From: Bugula neritina
Lineage: Eukaryota > Animalia > Bryozoa
DNA length: 64,000 nucleotides
Assembly (NCBI GenBank): GCA_964035545.1
Contig: OZ037765.1
Location: 23,373,504-23,437,503 of the forward strand
Direction: 5' to 3'
Position 1 is the first letter of the stretch. Every line of letters starts with the position of its first letter. This document shows positions 12,012 to 25,199 of the stretch, in pieces. The notes under the pieces were generated by a model. It saw nothing but the letters and a program-made list of their open reading frames with translations, was not told the origin of the DNA and searched no databases. The translations under genes and the position numbers were made by a program.

Positions 12012-15000
12012 ACTGCCAGCAAAACTTAATGGTGTGAGCAGCGACCATTTAAACGCAGCGTCGTACAATAGTAGCGTCTGCAAAGATAGCCTCGTTATCA
12101 GTAATTCTGCCGTTCTCAGTATTAATTCAATTTTTGAATTTATTTCTAAAGAAGTTATTTTAAATAACATTAATTAAAATTATTATTTCTAAAAATAAAA
12201 AATATATTTTGTGTAAGATTGTTATCGTCTTTCAGCTCTGTTTAAAAAGATGCGGCACAAGATTTACTATTGAGCAGAAAAAACAACTCCGTTTAAATAC
12301 CTGCATGGCTATCCTCAAGGCAGTATTATGAATCGGAGCAAAGGGCTATTTATGAAAAATTCCTCTCGATAAACTGTGGGAAGTTGTACTTCAGTTAAAC
12401 TTTAAAAAAAAACCGTTTTCATCACAACGTAAAATAAAAGGAGGTCATTCTTTAATGGCTACATTATCGTGCGAGTGGTTTTTCTTACGGAGAAAATAAC
12501 TCTAGCCAAGTACGTTCGGGATCAATTATTTTCGTCGCCAAAATTAATCTAGGGTGTTAGCATGCTATCTCCATGGGGCCAGCATTCATCTTTTTCTTGA
12601 TAAAGACTGATAACGTTCGCCAAGCGCTCACATAAATCGTCACTATCATATGACCAGCGCTAAGCTCGTTTTTGTCACACTAAGTCAATGTCAATGACTC
12701 AATCTGACTCTTTATCTCATAAATTTTAAGTTATACTATTATTTATGCTTGTAGACTTATTAATTTTAAGTCAATCTAATCCTATTAGTATGACTTATAA
12801 TTAGTTAAAGTCAAACATAATGATAATCACATTTTTGCAGATTTGTACTTGTAGACATAATTTAACTAATAACTTAACTCTTAAGTTGATGACAATGTTC
12901 ATTTTGATTATCATTATTTATATTATTTCATATTCGTTATGATTATTCATTATTATTAATATTATAATTATTCATTATTGTCATTTCGTATACTAAATCT
13001 AATAGCAATACTTAATCTTATAGTTGATATTATTGTCTATTGAGTTATACTAATACTTACAGCTACTCTTAGAGTTATTCTTATACTCTAGTTTAAGTTT
13101 AAGTTAATGTTATACAGTATAACTTATAGTTATAGTTACTCATACGCATACTATTGGTGTTATAATTATACTTATTAGTATAAATCATTAAATTTAATCT
13201 AATCATAATTATGGTAATAGCAAATTTGATATTAAATTTATTATTATAGTTTAAATTATTATTATATCTACACTTGTATTTTGGTCAAATGATTTATTTA
13301 TTATTTTATAGTTGTTGCTTAACAAATAATGTAATTTATTGTCATCTATAAGATCTATTTTCATTGCCATTATCATTATGATCATGTTGATGAGTGATGG
13401 TAAGAACCCACAAGTCGTTTCGTATACAAAATGGTCGTTTTTAACTAAAACTGCTGCCCATTTTGTACACAAAATGAATAGTGAATTTATCCACTAGATA
13501 ACTACTTGAATGATGCTAGTTTACTTATTTATTGCATGCCAGCATGCATGTTTCAGTGATTCACACCTTCCATTAATCAATATTTCAGATTATTCTATTA
13601 TGATAAGCGCGTTAATATTTTTATATAATTATTGAACATGCTACTACTTTTTGGTTTTATTTTATGGGCAGTACTGTATGGCCCATACATCAAGTAATAA
13701 ATAGATATAAAATATATGTGTTTTAATGTTTAGTTAATTTATATTGATGTGTATTAAAACGGCCTAACAAATGTGTCTCAAATGACTCGTGTACGGAATA
13801 ATCTAAACCCAGCCGAACCTAGTGGAACTTTGCACATATTAATATACGGCAAATATTATAATTTTAGTTCATTTATTTACTCTGGAATACTCATGTTTGG
13901 TTTTGTTACTTATAATAATACAAGCTATTCGCGTTGCTCTCACTCACCTATATAATTAATAATGTCCTTACATGTTAATGTAGTTAATATAACATTAATA
14001 TGGCTTTTCACTAGCAAATATATGGTAAATAATATATTTGCATGTAGTTCAAGAAAAATTATTGTGATATTTTTTTTATAAAGCTGCATACATTTTTCCT
14101 TCAAAAGTTGGATTTAGTAGCTCTAGCTCTAATTGCATTTACCTATCAATATCATCATTAAATAGTAGCATGTGTATTAAGTTTCAGGGAATGATTTTGG
14201 TATTTACAAACATAAAAGTAAGATATATTGATGGATCAGTTCAGCATTTTAGTTAATGGTTATTTTTATTACTTGAAAAAAGTCAGGTTGTCAGGAGTCT
14301 GTAAAAATTGTAATTGAGCTCATGGATCAATACATTAAATTGAAATAGCTGCTGAAGCAAATTTAATGTTTTAATAATGATAGTTGAATTATAATAAATA
14401 GCTTCAATCACCCTATGGTTTATTTAAGGCTAAAAATTGAAATGTAGCATTTGTTCAGTCTAATTTTTCAGTTCAGCCTTTATTTGATCATTGAAACTTA
14501 GGCAGTGTCAAAATTAAGTTTACAAATTTACTTACGTGAAATGATTGTACTAGAGTTTGTCTGAATGAAAATTTTATATGCCTTCAGCTGACAGATAGGC
14601 AATCAGAATTTTCACATTACTTTGACAAAAACAACAAGCCAATAATTTAACAAATCTATTTAAATGGGAAATTTTAGTGCACAAGCCACTAGTTGCTGGC
14701 AAGTAAATTTGTCAACATGACTGGGTGCCAGCTGTAATTATTATGAATACTTTTGTTTTCGATAAGAATCCTGACGAGAATGCTATTAAAGTTTTGAGTT
14801 CACTCACTTGTAAATGCTAGATTTGGTTAAAATAAGTATTGCATGTCACTAATGTTTAAATAAAAGCTTCTCATAACAATAAATTTCATGTAAACACATA
14901 AAAATTCACTTAAACTGTTTAATCTATTGTATAGAGCACGTAACCTTTTTTTGCACCAAGTTCCCATTATTTTGCATTATGCAAATAGATTTTTCATTCA

Positions 15001-15189
15001 GATGTTCTGGAACAGTTGCATGGAATGAAACCACAAAGATAATTTAATGCAAACTAAAACTGCAAATTCATCCGTATGAGCATTGAATGGCAGTTCAGCA
15101 TCTAATTTAAGAATATGCATTGCCATTGAATATATTGAGTGATCTTTAAAAATTACTATTTTCGCAGATAGCATTACATCAGCTGAAAC

Positions 15190-16044
15190 ATGGCTAAAGC
15201 AAGTGCCCCTACTGATTATGGTTATGACCAACCTCCTCCAAATTATGAATCATTACAACAAAATGCAGGTAGGTCTAGCTGATTGCTCAATTATAAATTT
15301 TACCAATGAAAATAAATAAGTTGTGAAAAACATCGATGTTAGTGCTATTATTGATCTTAATTTTAAGGATGCTTATGCTTGTTTAAATGACAAATGCAAA
15401 AACAAATAATCAAAGTAACAATTGCACTTACATCTGTGAGTTCAATTTGAAAATCATATTGTACACTAGCAAATACACAATGCTTTACATGTAGCTATAC
15501 GTCAAAGTATTGTGACTGCCATAGATGGTTATGTACAATCGTGGCCATTACAATTGTGAAATGTGTTGTCAAATGAAAATTGTTAAATAAATTTGATAAA
15601 CCTTATAAAATAACCATTGCTCTTTACTAACAGCTGAACACTAATACACCATATAACTTTTCAATTTTCAAAATGTAAATCACTTCTATTTTTATTTTAG
15701 GACCACAGTCTAGTTATGGTTCTGTGCCCACTCCGCCTCAGGGGTATGCCAATCCGCCCATCATAACAGTGCAGCCGGTTGCAGCTCCTCAGGTTATACT
15801 CGTGGGAGGCTGTCCAGCGTGTCGGGTATGCCTCAACCTATACTGCTTCAGAATACCCACACCATATGCATAATGTGTTTTATGTACTGCTTAATCTAGT
15901 TGAATGTTGTAGGTGGGCATCTTACAGGATGATTTTACTGCATGTGGAGTGCTCTGCGCTATCTTACTTTTCCCACTCGGAATATTATGTTGTCTAGCTA
16001 TGAAGCAGCGCAGGTGCTCTAACTGCGGTGCCATATTTGGTTAG
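15190..16044 (+). CDS. BRI3: Brain protein I3-like small Cys-rich membrane protein. Exons 15190-15268, 15701-15825, 15913-16044
   Basis: The spliced product [21 protein letters not shown]...[54 protein letters not shown] matches the BRI3 signature, with an N-terminal PPxY motif. The ORF track misses it. Confidence 0.92.
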
Positions 16045-16507
16045 CTCAATATTTTTATTTGTGAAATAAAATAATCAGCACCTTTTTCTGTGCTGATATT
16101 GTTCAAAGCAATTTTTAATCCGATTCCTTATTTTTCTGTTTATTACATGCGCTGGCTATGTTACCTATTATTTGGTAACATATTACATGTCAAATAATTT
16201 GTCATAAAATATATTTTTGAAAGTTATATTTATTTCCAATCAGCAAATGATATTTGTCTCTTTATTATACTAGTGTACTTTATTTGTTTTATGTATAAAT
16301 TTCAAGACTTGTTATGGTGCTACTAGATATAACTTGTCCCATAACATTGAAAATTTAAAATATACTGTATATATACAATATTCTAAAAAAATTGTGTGCA
16401 GCTATAAAAAAAGTAATAATAAAGCGACATCTCGTATCTTCTGATGATACTGTCGTAATTTACTAGTTTTTAAATTAGGTCAGTTTGAAGACTTGTATGC
16501 CGCTAAT

Positions 16508-19500
16508 TCAAGAGTCAATAAAAGCAATGCTTGTAACAGCTTTTGAATGTCCAGCATATTCCCTCTCGACTTTTCCACTGTCTATGTTCCATAACCTGGC
16601 AAAGTTATCTGATGAACCTGAAACATGTACATACCGCTTCTACAGATGCTGCCCTGTAATAATTTATCACCAAACTAATCATAAGTAACATGGTTAGTTA
16701 TTACATTTCACCCGACATCCTAACCTGATATTATATACTGAGAATCATCACTGAAAGCGCAATCCCACACCCATCTCTGTGTGTTCTCTGCTCCTAAACT
16801 TAGTTCAGCCATCATACTAAAGTCTATTGTCTTCCATATTCTAATTGTTGCATCAGCGGACGTAGTAGCCAACAAACTGTTATAGAGACATCAAAACTAT
16901 AATTGATTTGTTCTGACACCAAACATGTAAATAGATCAAACCATTGTTTTATGTGCAGTCACAGTTCCAAGTAATTTTATAAGACAATTCAAAGAAAAAA
17001 GTGAAGATATTAGGTGCTTACGTAGAATCGGGGCTGAATAAACATTTTAAAGCATATTTTCTGTGAGCTGTAAGCTTTTCCTTGGGATGAGGCTGAGTGA
17101 GCTCCCCTGAACTGCGGCCTTGTGTAAGAGTCCAGATAAAACACACTCCCTATAGAAGTTCCGACACAGCTCATATATAGCACAACTTTCATCACTATTG
17201 AAAGGTATAACAAAAACCTGATTGCATAATCAACAACTTATGATGGTCAGGGTGACTATTTGGAACATATATTCACATAAGCAATTTAATAAAAACAACT
17301 GATTTCAAAGTTAGCTACATTTAATTAGGATGAAGTTTGACTCCTGTAAACTAGCTTACCTTGTCTGTCACCGCTGCCATATGCGTACCTTCGGCATCTA
17401 CTGATATGGACTGTATTCCAGATGCTGCATCTGGTAACTGCAACAAATAGTTACACTACTTAATGCGATTGAGTCAAATTTTGTTTAAATGAAATGAAAA
17501 GAATTTTCAATCATTATATAAACCATTTTGCAAACAGAGAGACTACATTAAAATGTACGAGTATTTGATTAGGACTTAAAGCCAATTTTTCAGTAGAGAG
17601 CCATTTAATATCCAATAGTATCAACACTAATACAGAGCATATACATATTTCTACTTCTTCTCAATACATACATACTGTTCTGTCTGATCAGTCTTCAAAT
17701 CCCAAATGTGAATAGCACCACTTTGATCTCCAACAAACAACTCAGCCTAATCAAACCAAATAAAAGCTTAAGTAAGCTGCATGCAGTAAGTTGCACATAA
17801 TAATATATACCATATCATATAGCGATATACACAACTATAAGTATAGGGCAAAGTTTAAAACTAATTTCCTCTAACTAAAACATACTTACTTGGTTGGGAT
17901 GAAGACAGGCACAATTAATTGGTGCTTTAGCTTGAAAAGTTCTTTGGCAATTGTTGCTTCGGGTTCTAAGAAACAATATTTTGTGCTATTAATCAACATG
18001 TAGATCATTGCAAGTTTTGTTATCATGTGACTGAGTTTTCCCTGACAAAGTTTCGTTTTAGGTTTTTGCTAAATGGCGTGACAATCAACACAACACACAT
18101 AGAGTTTTCACAGAGTATGGCTTTATGGCAATAAACCTCCCACATTTAAGTCTAAAATAATAAAGATTGAAACTATGATTCACTAATAAAGTTAATGATA
18201 ACATGCATTTTAGAATGAACTAAAACTAGCTCATCACAAGATAACCTAATAGAGGTTGTACTCCATTTACTATAAGCATTGCATGTATATTATCAGATAT
18301 CTTTATCAGCACTACAAAACCAATGTCCAAGTTTGAGTGGCATACGATTGAAGGGTTATTAGGCATATATAAACTAATAGCATTGAGTCAGAAGTTGTTC
18401 ACACATATTAAATTCCAGTTGTAAAGAGAGAAGCTACAGGAGTAAAATAAAATTCATGAGCTTGACTTCGTAACAGTTATTGGGAGTTGTCTTTTTCAGA
18501 ACAAAGTTGCAGCTAAAGCCAGACACAAAAATACTTTATCATCATAAAATTGAACAATGTTGAAAAATAGCTTAGGCAATTATATATCTGTTATTATTTA
18601 TCTATTATTATTATAAAGGTTTACAGGAAATCAAGTCTTTTCAGTTTAGAGCAACAGCAAAATTTTTCCCAAAGATCAGATAACTCCAGATTAAACATTT
18701 CTAGTTTCTAATTAGTAACAGTTGTCTGTCTGAAAAGGACAAATTTAAACCAATGATTTTCTGTAAACAACTGGTGTAAGTTTTCCATCTAAATACATAT
18801 ATATGGTATTCATCCCACGACTCACCTACGGTCCCAAATTCTTGCATTATGATCTTCCCCAGATGAGTACATCCACGTACCTTCTTCATTGAACCCTATT
18901 GCTGTCACATTTTTTGAAATGTCTTCATATTTAGTGATTGCATTGGGGTTATTTGAGTTTATGTCATATATACGAATATGCTGATAGCCTATAATAAAAT
19001 ATCATTACAGTACATTTTTATAAATTATGATATTCAAAATTGTTATAGTTAAAATTATACAAGAATTAAATTATTATTACATTTGTCATTTTTCATTTAA
19101 TAAATGTCGCCCATTACAACATGCTGCAAGCTACAAAATAAAATGTTAAGTTTTACAGAAATTTTGAATACACTTACCAGCAGCTGCAATGTTCTGCTTG
19201 TCAGGCGTGATGGCTAAGTCATTGACTTGCTGTAAATACAGTAGAAATACATGACACAAGCATATATTTTTCAGTAGTCAGTTCATTAGAATAATCAACT
19301 CATCATCAATGTCATTTCCAATTAATGAAAGTGCTGGTCACTACATAATCTATGAATTGACAAGTTGAAAATAAGAATTCATACACTTATAACAATGGTG
19401 ATTTAGACTATAATATATGGCTAGAATGCAGCAACGGGTTGAGGTCTCACATTTGAACAAACCAACAACTAACTAGCTAAAGCAGGCTAAAATAATGTAA

Positions 19501-20488
19501 CTACATCAGTATTGCTGCTTTAATGACCTAAATAATTTATATGCATAAATTGGTATATAGAGAGCTAAAAGGTAGCATGGAAATATTTCTTCATTTTTCC
19601 TACCTTGAATAACACAAACACAAACAAAGAGCATAAAAATGAGGCACTATTCTGAGCAGGTATTGCAAGTAACATTGAATTTGGTGATCTCAATAAAGCT
19701 TTTTCAAATGATTTTATCAAATAACTAACAAGTAAGTTGATAAGTCGAGAAAAAATACTTAAAACATATAGAATACTTGTAAAAAACTTTTAATTTGAGT
19801 GAAATGAGGGGGTGCTGTGTATAAAGTTATCATATAACATTTCTGATGATACAATTATTTGCTTATTAGATACTTCTAGTCACCCAGTTTGCTATTTCAT
19901 GCATAATATCTTTTTGTAACTTTACATGATTGCTTTTTTTGTAAGCTTAATTTTATAAAGAAATAAGGGGCAATGAGTGATAATCAGCGAGTGATACTAT
20001 GCCATGGGGTGATGATCTCGGTGTCTGTTCAGGTAATATCTAGGCAGATTACAAAGAAGGTGAGTGAATTTAGTGACTAATGTAACATAAACATATGGAG
20101 AAAAATAGAATGTATTCTTATGTATGAAGAAGAGCCTAATTTTTGATTGTTTCTTATCTAGCTACTACTAGTACTATTTATTTACAGCTATAAATTCAGG
20201 CCCCTTACAGATAAAATCAAACCACTTTATTATTACTATTAACATTAGTATTACTATTAGTATTGCACTATCAGTATCCCTATGACTATGAGTATTACTA
20301 TTATTATTAAGCTTAGCATTGCTATTACTATTACTATTAGTATTAGTATTACATTTACTTTTACTTTTAGTTTTACTTACAGAGTCAGCATGCGGAACTG
20401 TTTTAGTACAAATACCAGTGTGTGGCTGCCAAAACTTTATAGTGTGGTCATAACCAGCAGTAGCTAAAATTATGCTATCGCCAATCAT
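16508..20488 (-). CDS. MLST8: TOR complex subunit LST8 (WD40), 9 exons: 20488-20381, 19229-19178, 18988-18826, 17965-17890, 17746-17672, 17437-17360, 17149-17022, 16876-16725, 16617-16508
   Basis: Motifs [104 protein letters not shown] and [14 protein letters not shown]. All introns are GT-AG and in phase. Confidence 0.95.
20225..20380. repeat. 6-nt-periodic cryptic simple sequence in MLST8 intron 1 (clearest example of the promoter-proximal tract)
   Basis: The sense strand from the donor reads GTAAGT AAAACT AAAAGT AAAAGT AAATGT AATACT AATACT AATAGT AATAGT AATAGC AATGCT AAGCTT AATAAT AATAGT AATACT CATAGT CATAGG GATACT GATAGT. Confidence 0.85.
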
Positions 20489-20907
20489 TTTTAGACTAAA
20501 GTATAATTATTCTTTGGTAAATTATAAAAATTCATAAAGTTGAACATAATAATCGAATGACTTGGCTGAACTTCTCTTTTAATTAAACATACAACTTTAA
20601 ACAGAGGAAACGGAAGTTTCGAGGCTTTTGATTGTCTAAAGTCAATTCAAGTTAAAACATTTTAATCTATATAAGAATGCTTATGATTGCGTTTTAAATG
20701 TAAACTGTAGCCAATAACATAAAGTATCAAAAACAGTGAGTGATTTGTGAGTTCGAAGCTGAGACTGATGAAAATTATTTGCTGTTAAAAATTATTATAA
20801 GTGTAATTATTATAAAAGGCAAAAAGCAACAGAGCGAAAGAAGCCATCCCAGTATCCAGAAGTTTTCTGTTTTGTAGCTGCGTCATAACAGACACCTATA
20901 ATTTAAA
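20489..20907. promoter_or_regulatory. Probable bidirectional promoter, MLST8 / PSMD4
   Basis: Divergent start codons are only about 420 nt apart. There is an ETS-type CGGAAGT at 20611-20617 and a forkhead-like AAATGTAAACTGT at 20696-20708. Confidence 0.65.
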
Positions 20908-23900
20908 ATGGGACTCGAAAGCACTATAGTGTGGTAATTGTTTTCATTTTGTATTTATTTTTAAGTTAAAGTTATCAATAATTATAATATAAAATTAAAT
21001 ATTATTATTAATAATTATAATAATAAATAATATTATAATCATAATGATAATCATAATAATTTCTGTCTCAATCATTCACTTTCAGTCAGTCGTCCACCAA
21101 TTTCAAATAAGTAAAACTAAATGTAGCTACATATTAGTTTTGCATTTAGTCGTAACTATCTCAGCTTTACTTTAGAGTTTAGAGTTTGGACAAAGAAAAT
21201 CACAACACTCCAAGTTCAACTCTCTTCAAGTTCAACTTCAATTTCATTCTAATATCACTTTGACTTTCACTTTGTCATTTGACTTTGTAATACAAAGTTT
21301 ATATTTATATTGATAGTCATAATCATAATGTTCTAAATCTAACTGTTCATGTTGTTTTTATTTGTATTGTTATAATAATAATAACAATAATATTAATATT
21401 AATTATAAATATTGTAGTCTATACTAATGAGTAATGACTAATATAAGTATATTATAAGTTAAGTATTGTCATATATGCTCATATTAATATTCTGTCCTTC
21501 CCTCAGAATGGTAATAGTCACTCACTAATACTGATTGCCATCAGTAACCTTACTGGAATTTAATTTTTTTATTCGTTTTTAAATTTGTTATTGAAATTAA
21601 ATGAACATTTTAAGTGAAAATCAGGTCAGTTTTTTTTTCAGTGTGCTAAAAAAAAAATTGAATTGACTCGGAGGCATCTGAATATATGAAGGATTATATA
21701 CAGTTACTAGAAAATCGGGTGTAATTGCATGCATTTACTTCTAGCAGCCTACATAAAAAGAAAAAGTTTGCAATAAGATTTAATATTATTATTATGTCTA
21801 CTGTTACAGCTAACTTGAACCCTGTAGCTTGGTGAAAAAGTAATAGTTTTAAGATAATATACCCAAAAGGTAATTAAAATAAAGTAACACAAGTTATATT
21901 TTAACATACGCAAAATTTTATTGTATTATTTTATAGTGTTGACAACAGTGATTACATGAGAAATGGCGACTATCTTCCCACAAGACTTCAAGCTCAGCAG
22001 GATGCAGTCAACCTTGTTTGCCATGCTAAAATCAGGCAACATCCTGAAAACAATATTGGCTTAGTAACATTAGGAGGGTAAATAAATATGGAAAACTAAT
22101 AAATGGTGGTACCTGGCATACAATAATATATTTGTAGCCTTTCCCAAGGACTAATCATTTACAAATAAGCAACACAATTCTGTTTATTGTGTGTTGCCAT
22201 TTTCTGTGTTCTTTGAGATTCATACTATTGTTTCAAACATGTAAATTTCAGTGGCAGAGTGTTGTTAACTTTAACCGGAGATGTTGGTCGTGTTCTTTCA
22301 AAGCTGCATGAAGTTCAACCTTCTGGGAATATCAACTTTTTGAGCTCAGTTCGCATCGCTCAGGTGAGCTGTTAGTGTAATTATAAGTTTGCAATAGTTG
22401 TAAGAAGTTGTATGATACTTCAATTCTCAGTGTGAATATCTCTCATGATAACTTATTTTATAAACTTGCTATGACATAGTTTAATGCTGTCATCATAAGT
22501 CAACTTTTATGTCGTCTTTATTATTTTACATCATTTTAGTACGTTATAGTGATGTATGGTTAATACTTCTTGCTGTAAATACAGTAATTTTATAAAATTC
22601 GCTATCATGGGGAACTCTGAGTTATATTGAAGTGCATAGAAGCAAGCTTATTATTATAATAGAGCAGGCTTCTAAAAGTTTATTCAAACATTTGCATTAT
22701 AAGCTAAACGCTCTTTCTGTATTTGTTAATTTGATTAAGTGATTTAGTTTTCCATTTTAAAGACATTTTCACATATTAACTGAAACATTTGATATGCGAA
22801 TTTATAAATTATGTGGTCATTTTCATTGTAGATTGTTTTTGGAAAAATTTCAGTTGTAATTTATCCTTACATGTTAAAACATTATAACTTCTACTAGTCT
22901 GTAACTTTACTAAATACATACTGTTTTATTACCATGTTTATACTAAATTATTTTGAAATGATTTTATGTTTAGCTGGCATTAAAGCATAGGCAAGGCAAA
23001 AATCATGCTCAAAGAATAGTAGCTTTCGTTGGAAGTCCTATAGAGAGTGGAGAAAAGGATATGATAAAGCTAGCCAAGAGATTGAAAAAGGAGAAAGTGA
23101 ATGTTGATGTGGTTAACTTTGGAGAAGAGGTAATTGGCCAATTATTCTGCTTATGTTCTATTCCACATTGTGTCATTGATTATTTTAAAATTTGTAAATG
23201 TTTGGAATGACATCACTGTATAATCTAAGATGTGGTATTGCATTAAGTATAAAACAGATTACATGAAAAGTTGTTTGTATGACATTGATGTAAACGATTT
23301 CAAACAGTTTCTAGCTTTCACTGTTTGCCTTAGGGTGAAAATGATGGCAAGCTGACAAAGTTCATAGATACAATTAATGGAAAAGAAGGAACATCGTCTC
23401 ATTTGGTCAGCGTGCCACCTGGTCCCATGTTGTCTGAAGCCTTGGTTCATTCGCCAGTGGTAGTTGGTGAAGATGGTCAGCCTTCTGTGGCCTCCAGTGG
23501 CATGGGAGGCGGCGGATTTGGATTTGATTTTGATCCAAATGAAGATCCTGAGTTGGCCTTAGTATGTTTATATATAAGTGTTTATGTATGCAAATTGCAT
23601 TTTATACTAAAATCAATTTGCATCAAATCTTGATTGCATATCTCTGGTAACACAAGATGTGTTGTGTTTTTCAGTGACATTCACATTTATTTCTGTTCAA
23701 AGTTATTTTTTCCTGAAAGATTAATTTTTTTCTAAAATACAAACTACACAATGTGTGATTTGAAATTATAAATTATGCTGTTAGAACAATGCTACAGCAA
23801 CATATGTTAACTTTACTTCAATTTTTCACCTTCTAACCAGACAATGGCTGTGAAGTTTTAACGCTATAAGGCTCTATTTTTGTTAGGCTTTGAGAGTTTC

Positions 23901-24616
23901 TATGGAAGAACAAAGAGCACGGCAGGAAGCCGAAATAAAAACTGCGGAATCAGAAACTCCTGCAACTGGGAACACTGAAGTTCAGGCTGGTTCGTCCTTA
24001 TACTATATTTTGTATTTGCATTTCATGAATATATGTTTAGTTTGTTTGCTGCTATTGTGGGCTATTCTATGGTAAATTTAGCTACAAATGAAGAGGAAAT
24101 GTTGAGAAATGCTCTGGCAATGTCTGTTGAACAACCCCCAAGTTCTGGTGGCTCATACACCCCTCATTTTGATGCCATGACCGAAGAACAGCAGATAGCC
24201 CTGGCTATGCAGATGTCTCTTGCTGATGATGCAATGGATGTGGAGCCAACACCAGCAACTGCTGGTCTTGTGACCGATTCCCTACCTGAGCAGGTAAATG
24301 ATAGAACCTTAAATGTTATCAGTACTTATATAGCCTATGTTGAGTATCATTTAAAAGTTTAATCATTTTAGTTTAGAAAGCAGCACTACAAATTTGGCAC
24401 TAATGGTAATAGAGTATGGTGTGCATATGTTACTATTATTTGCAGGCAAATGCAGATGACTACGCTGAGGAAATGGATGACCCAGAATTCCTGCAAGGCG
24501 TGTTAGCTAATCTACCTGGAGTAGATCCCAATAGTCAAGAAATACGGTCAGCTATGAGCCAACTCACAAAAAATCAAGATAAAAAAGATGATGGCAATGA
24601 CGGCAAAAGCACATAA
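20908..24616 (+). CDS. PSMD4: 26S proteasome ubiquitin receptor Rpn10 (vWA + UIMs), 8 exons: 20908-20933, 21937-22077, 22252-22363, 22974-23129, 23334-23561, 23887-23989, 24082-24293, 24446-24616
   Basis: Motifs [102 protein letters not shown] and [23 protein letters not shown] at 24713. Confidence 0.97.
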
Positions 24617-25199
24617 TCATTATATCATATAATCTCGCATAAGTGCATTGTAAGTTTAATTTACAGCTTCTAAAATATCCAATTTGTGAATTTATACCAT
24701 TTCTTGTGACTCAATAAAGTAATATGCTTATAGTAATAAAATTTCATAATCTTAAAGAAAACTGCTGATATAAATAAAATTGAGAAATGAATACAGATGT
24801 TACTAGCCAATCATAAACATTTCCAAGCATGTACTGGCACATTCATCAAATCCTTGATTACATTAAATACAAGCAATATTTCGTAAAGCACCCATAATCA
24901 AGGTACAATATTGGTTGAGTTTATGACACATATTCAATATTCATAATAATAATCTAATATAAAATGAGTATATTCAAAAGGAATGACGTCACTCTAAGTC
25001 TATAGAGTGTAAATATATAGGCCACCAATAAAACTTGTGCATATACTAGCATCTTATTTAAGAATTTCATAAAAACTGCTAGAATTTTCAAAAAGTAAGT
25101 AATTTTTATATTACAAAGTGAACTATCACATCAGCATACTAGGATAATAATAAAAAAACTAGAATAATTAAATGTTTTTAAATATTGAGCAGTCCCTCT

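Noticed and set aside
12012-12170. N-terminal extension of the HSF-like ORF
   Set aside because: It starts in very AT-rich sequence with no recognisable domain. The ATG at 12011 directly precedes DBD1, so this is treated as 5'UTR or intron.
19975-20050. GTGATGA C-box-like motif, possible snoRNA
   Set aside because: It is antisense to the host gene MLST8, with no matching D box or terminal stem.
2476-24616. Functional proteostasis cluster (TXNL1, HSF-like, MLST8, PSMD4)
   Set aside because: Co-location of housekeeping genes in a compact genome is expected, and no shared element such as an HSE array was identified.
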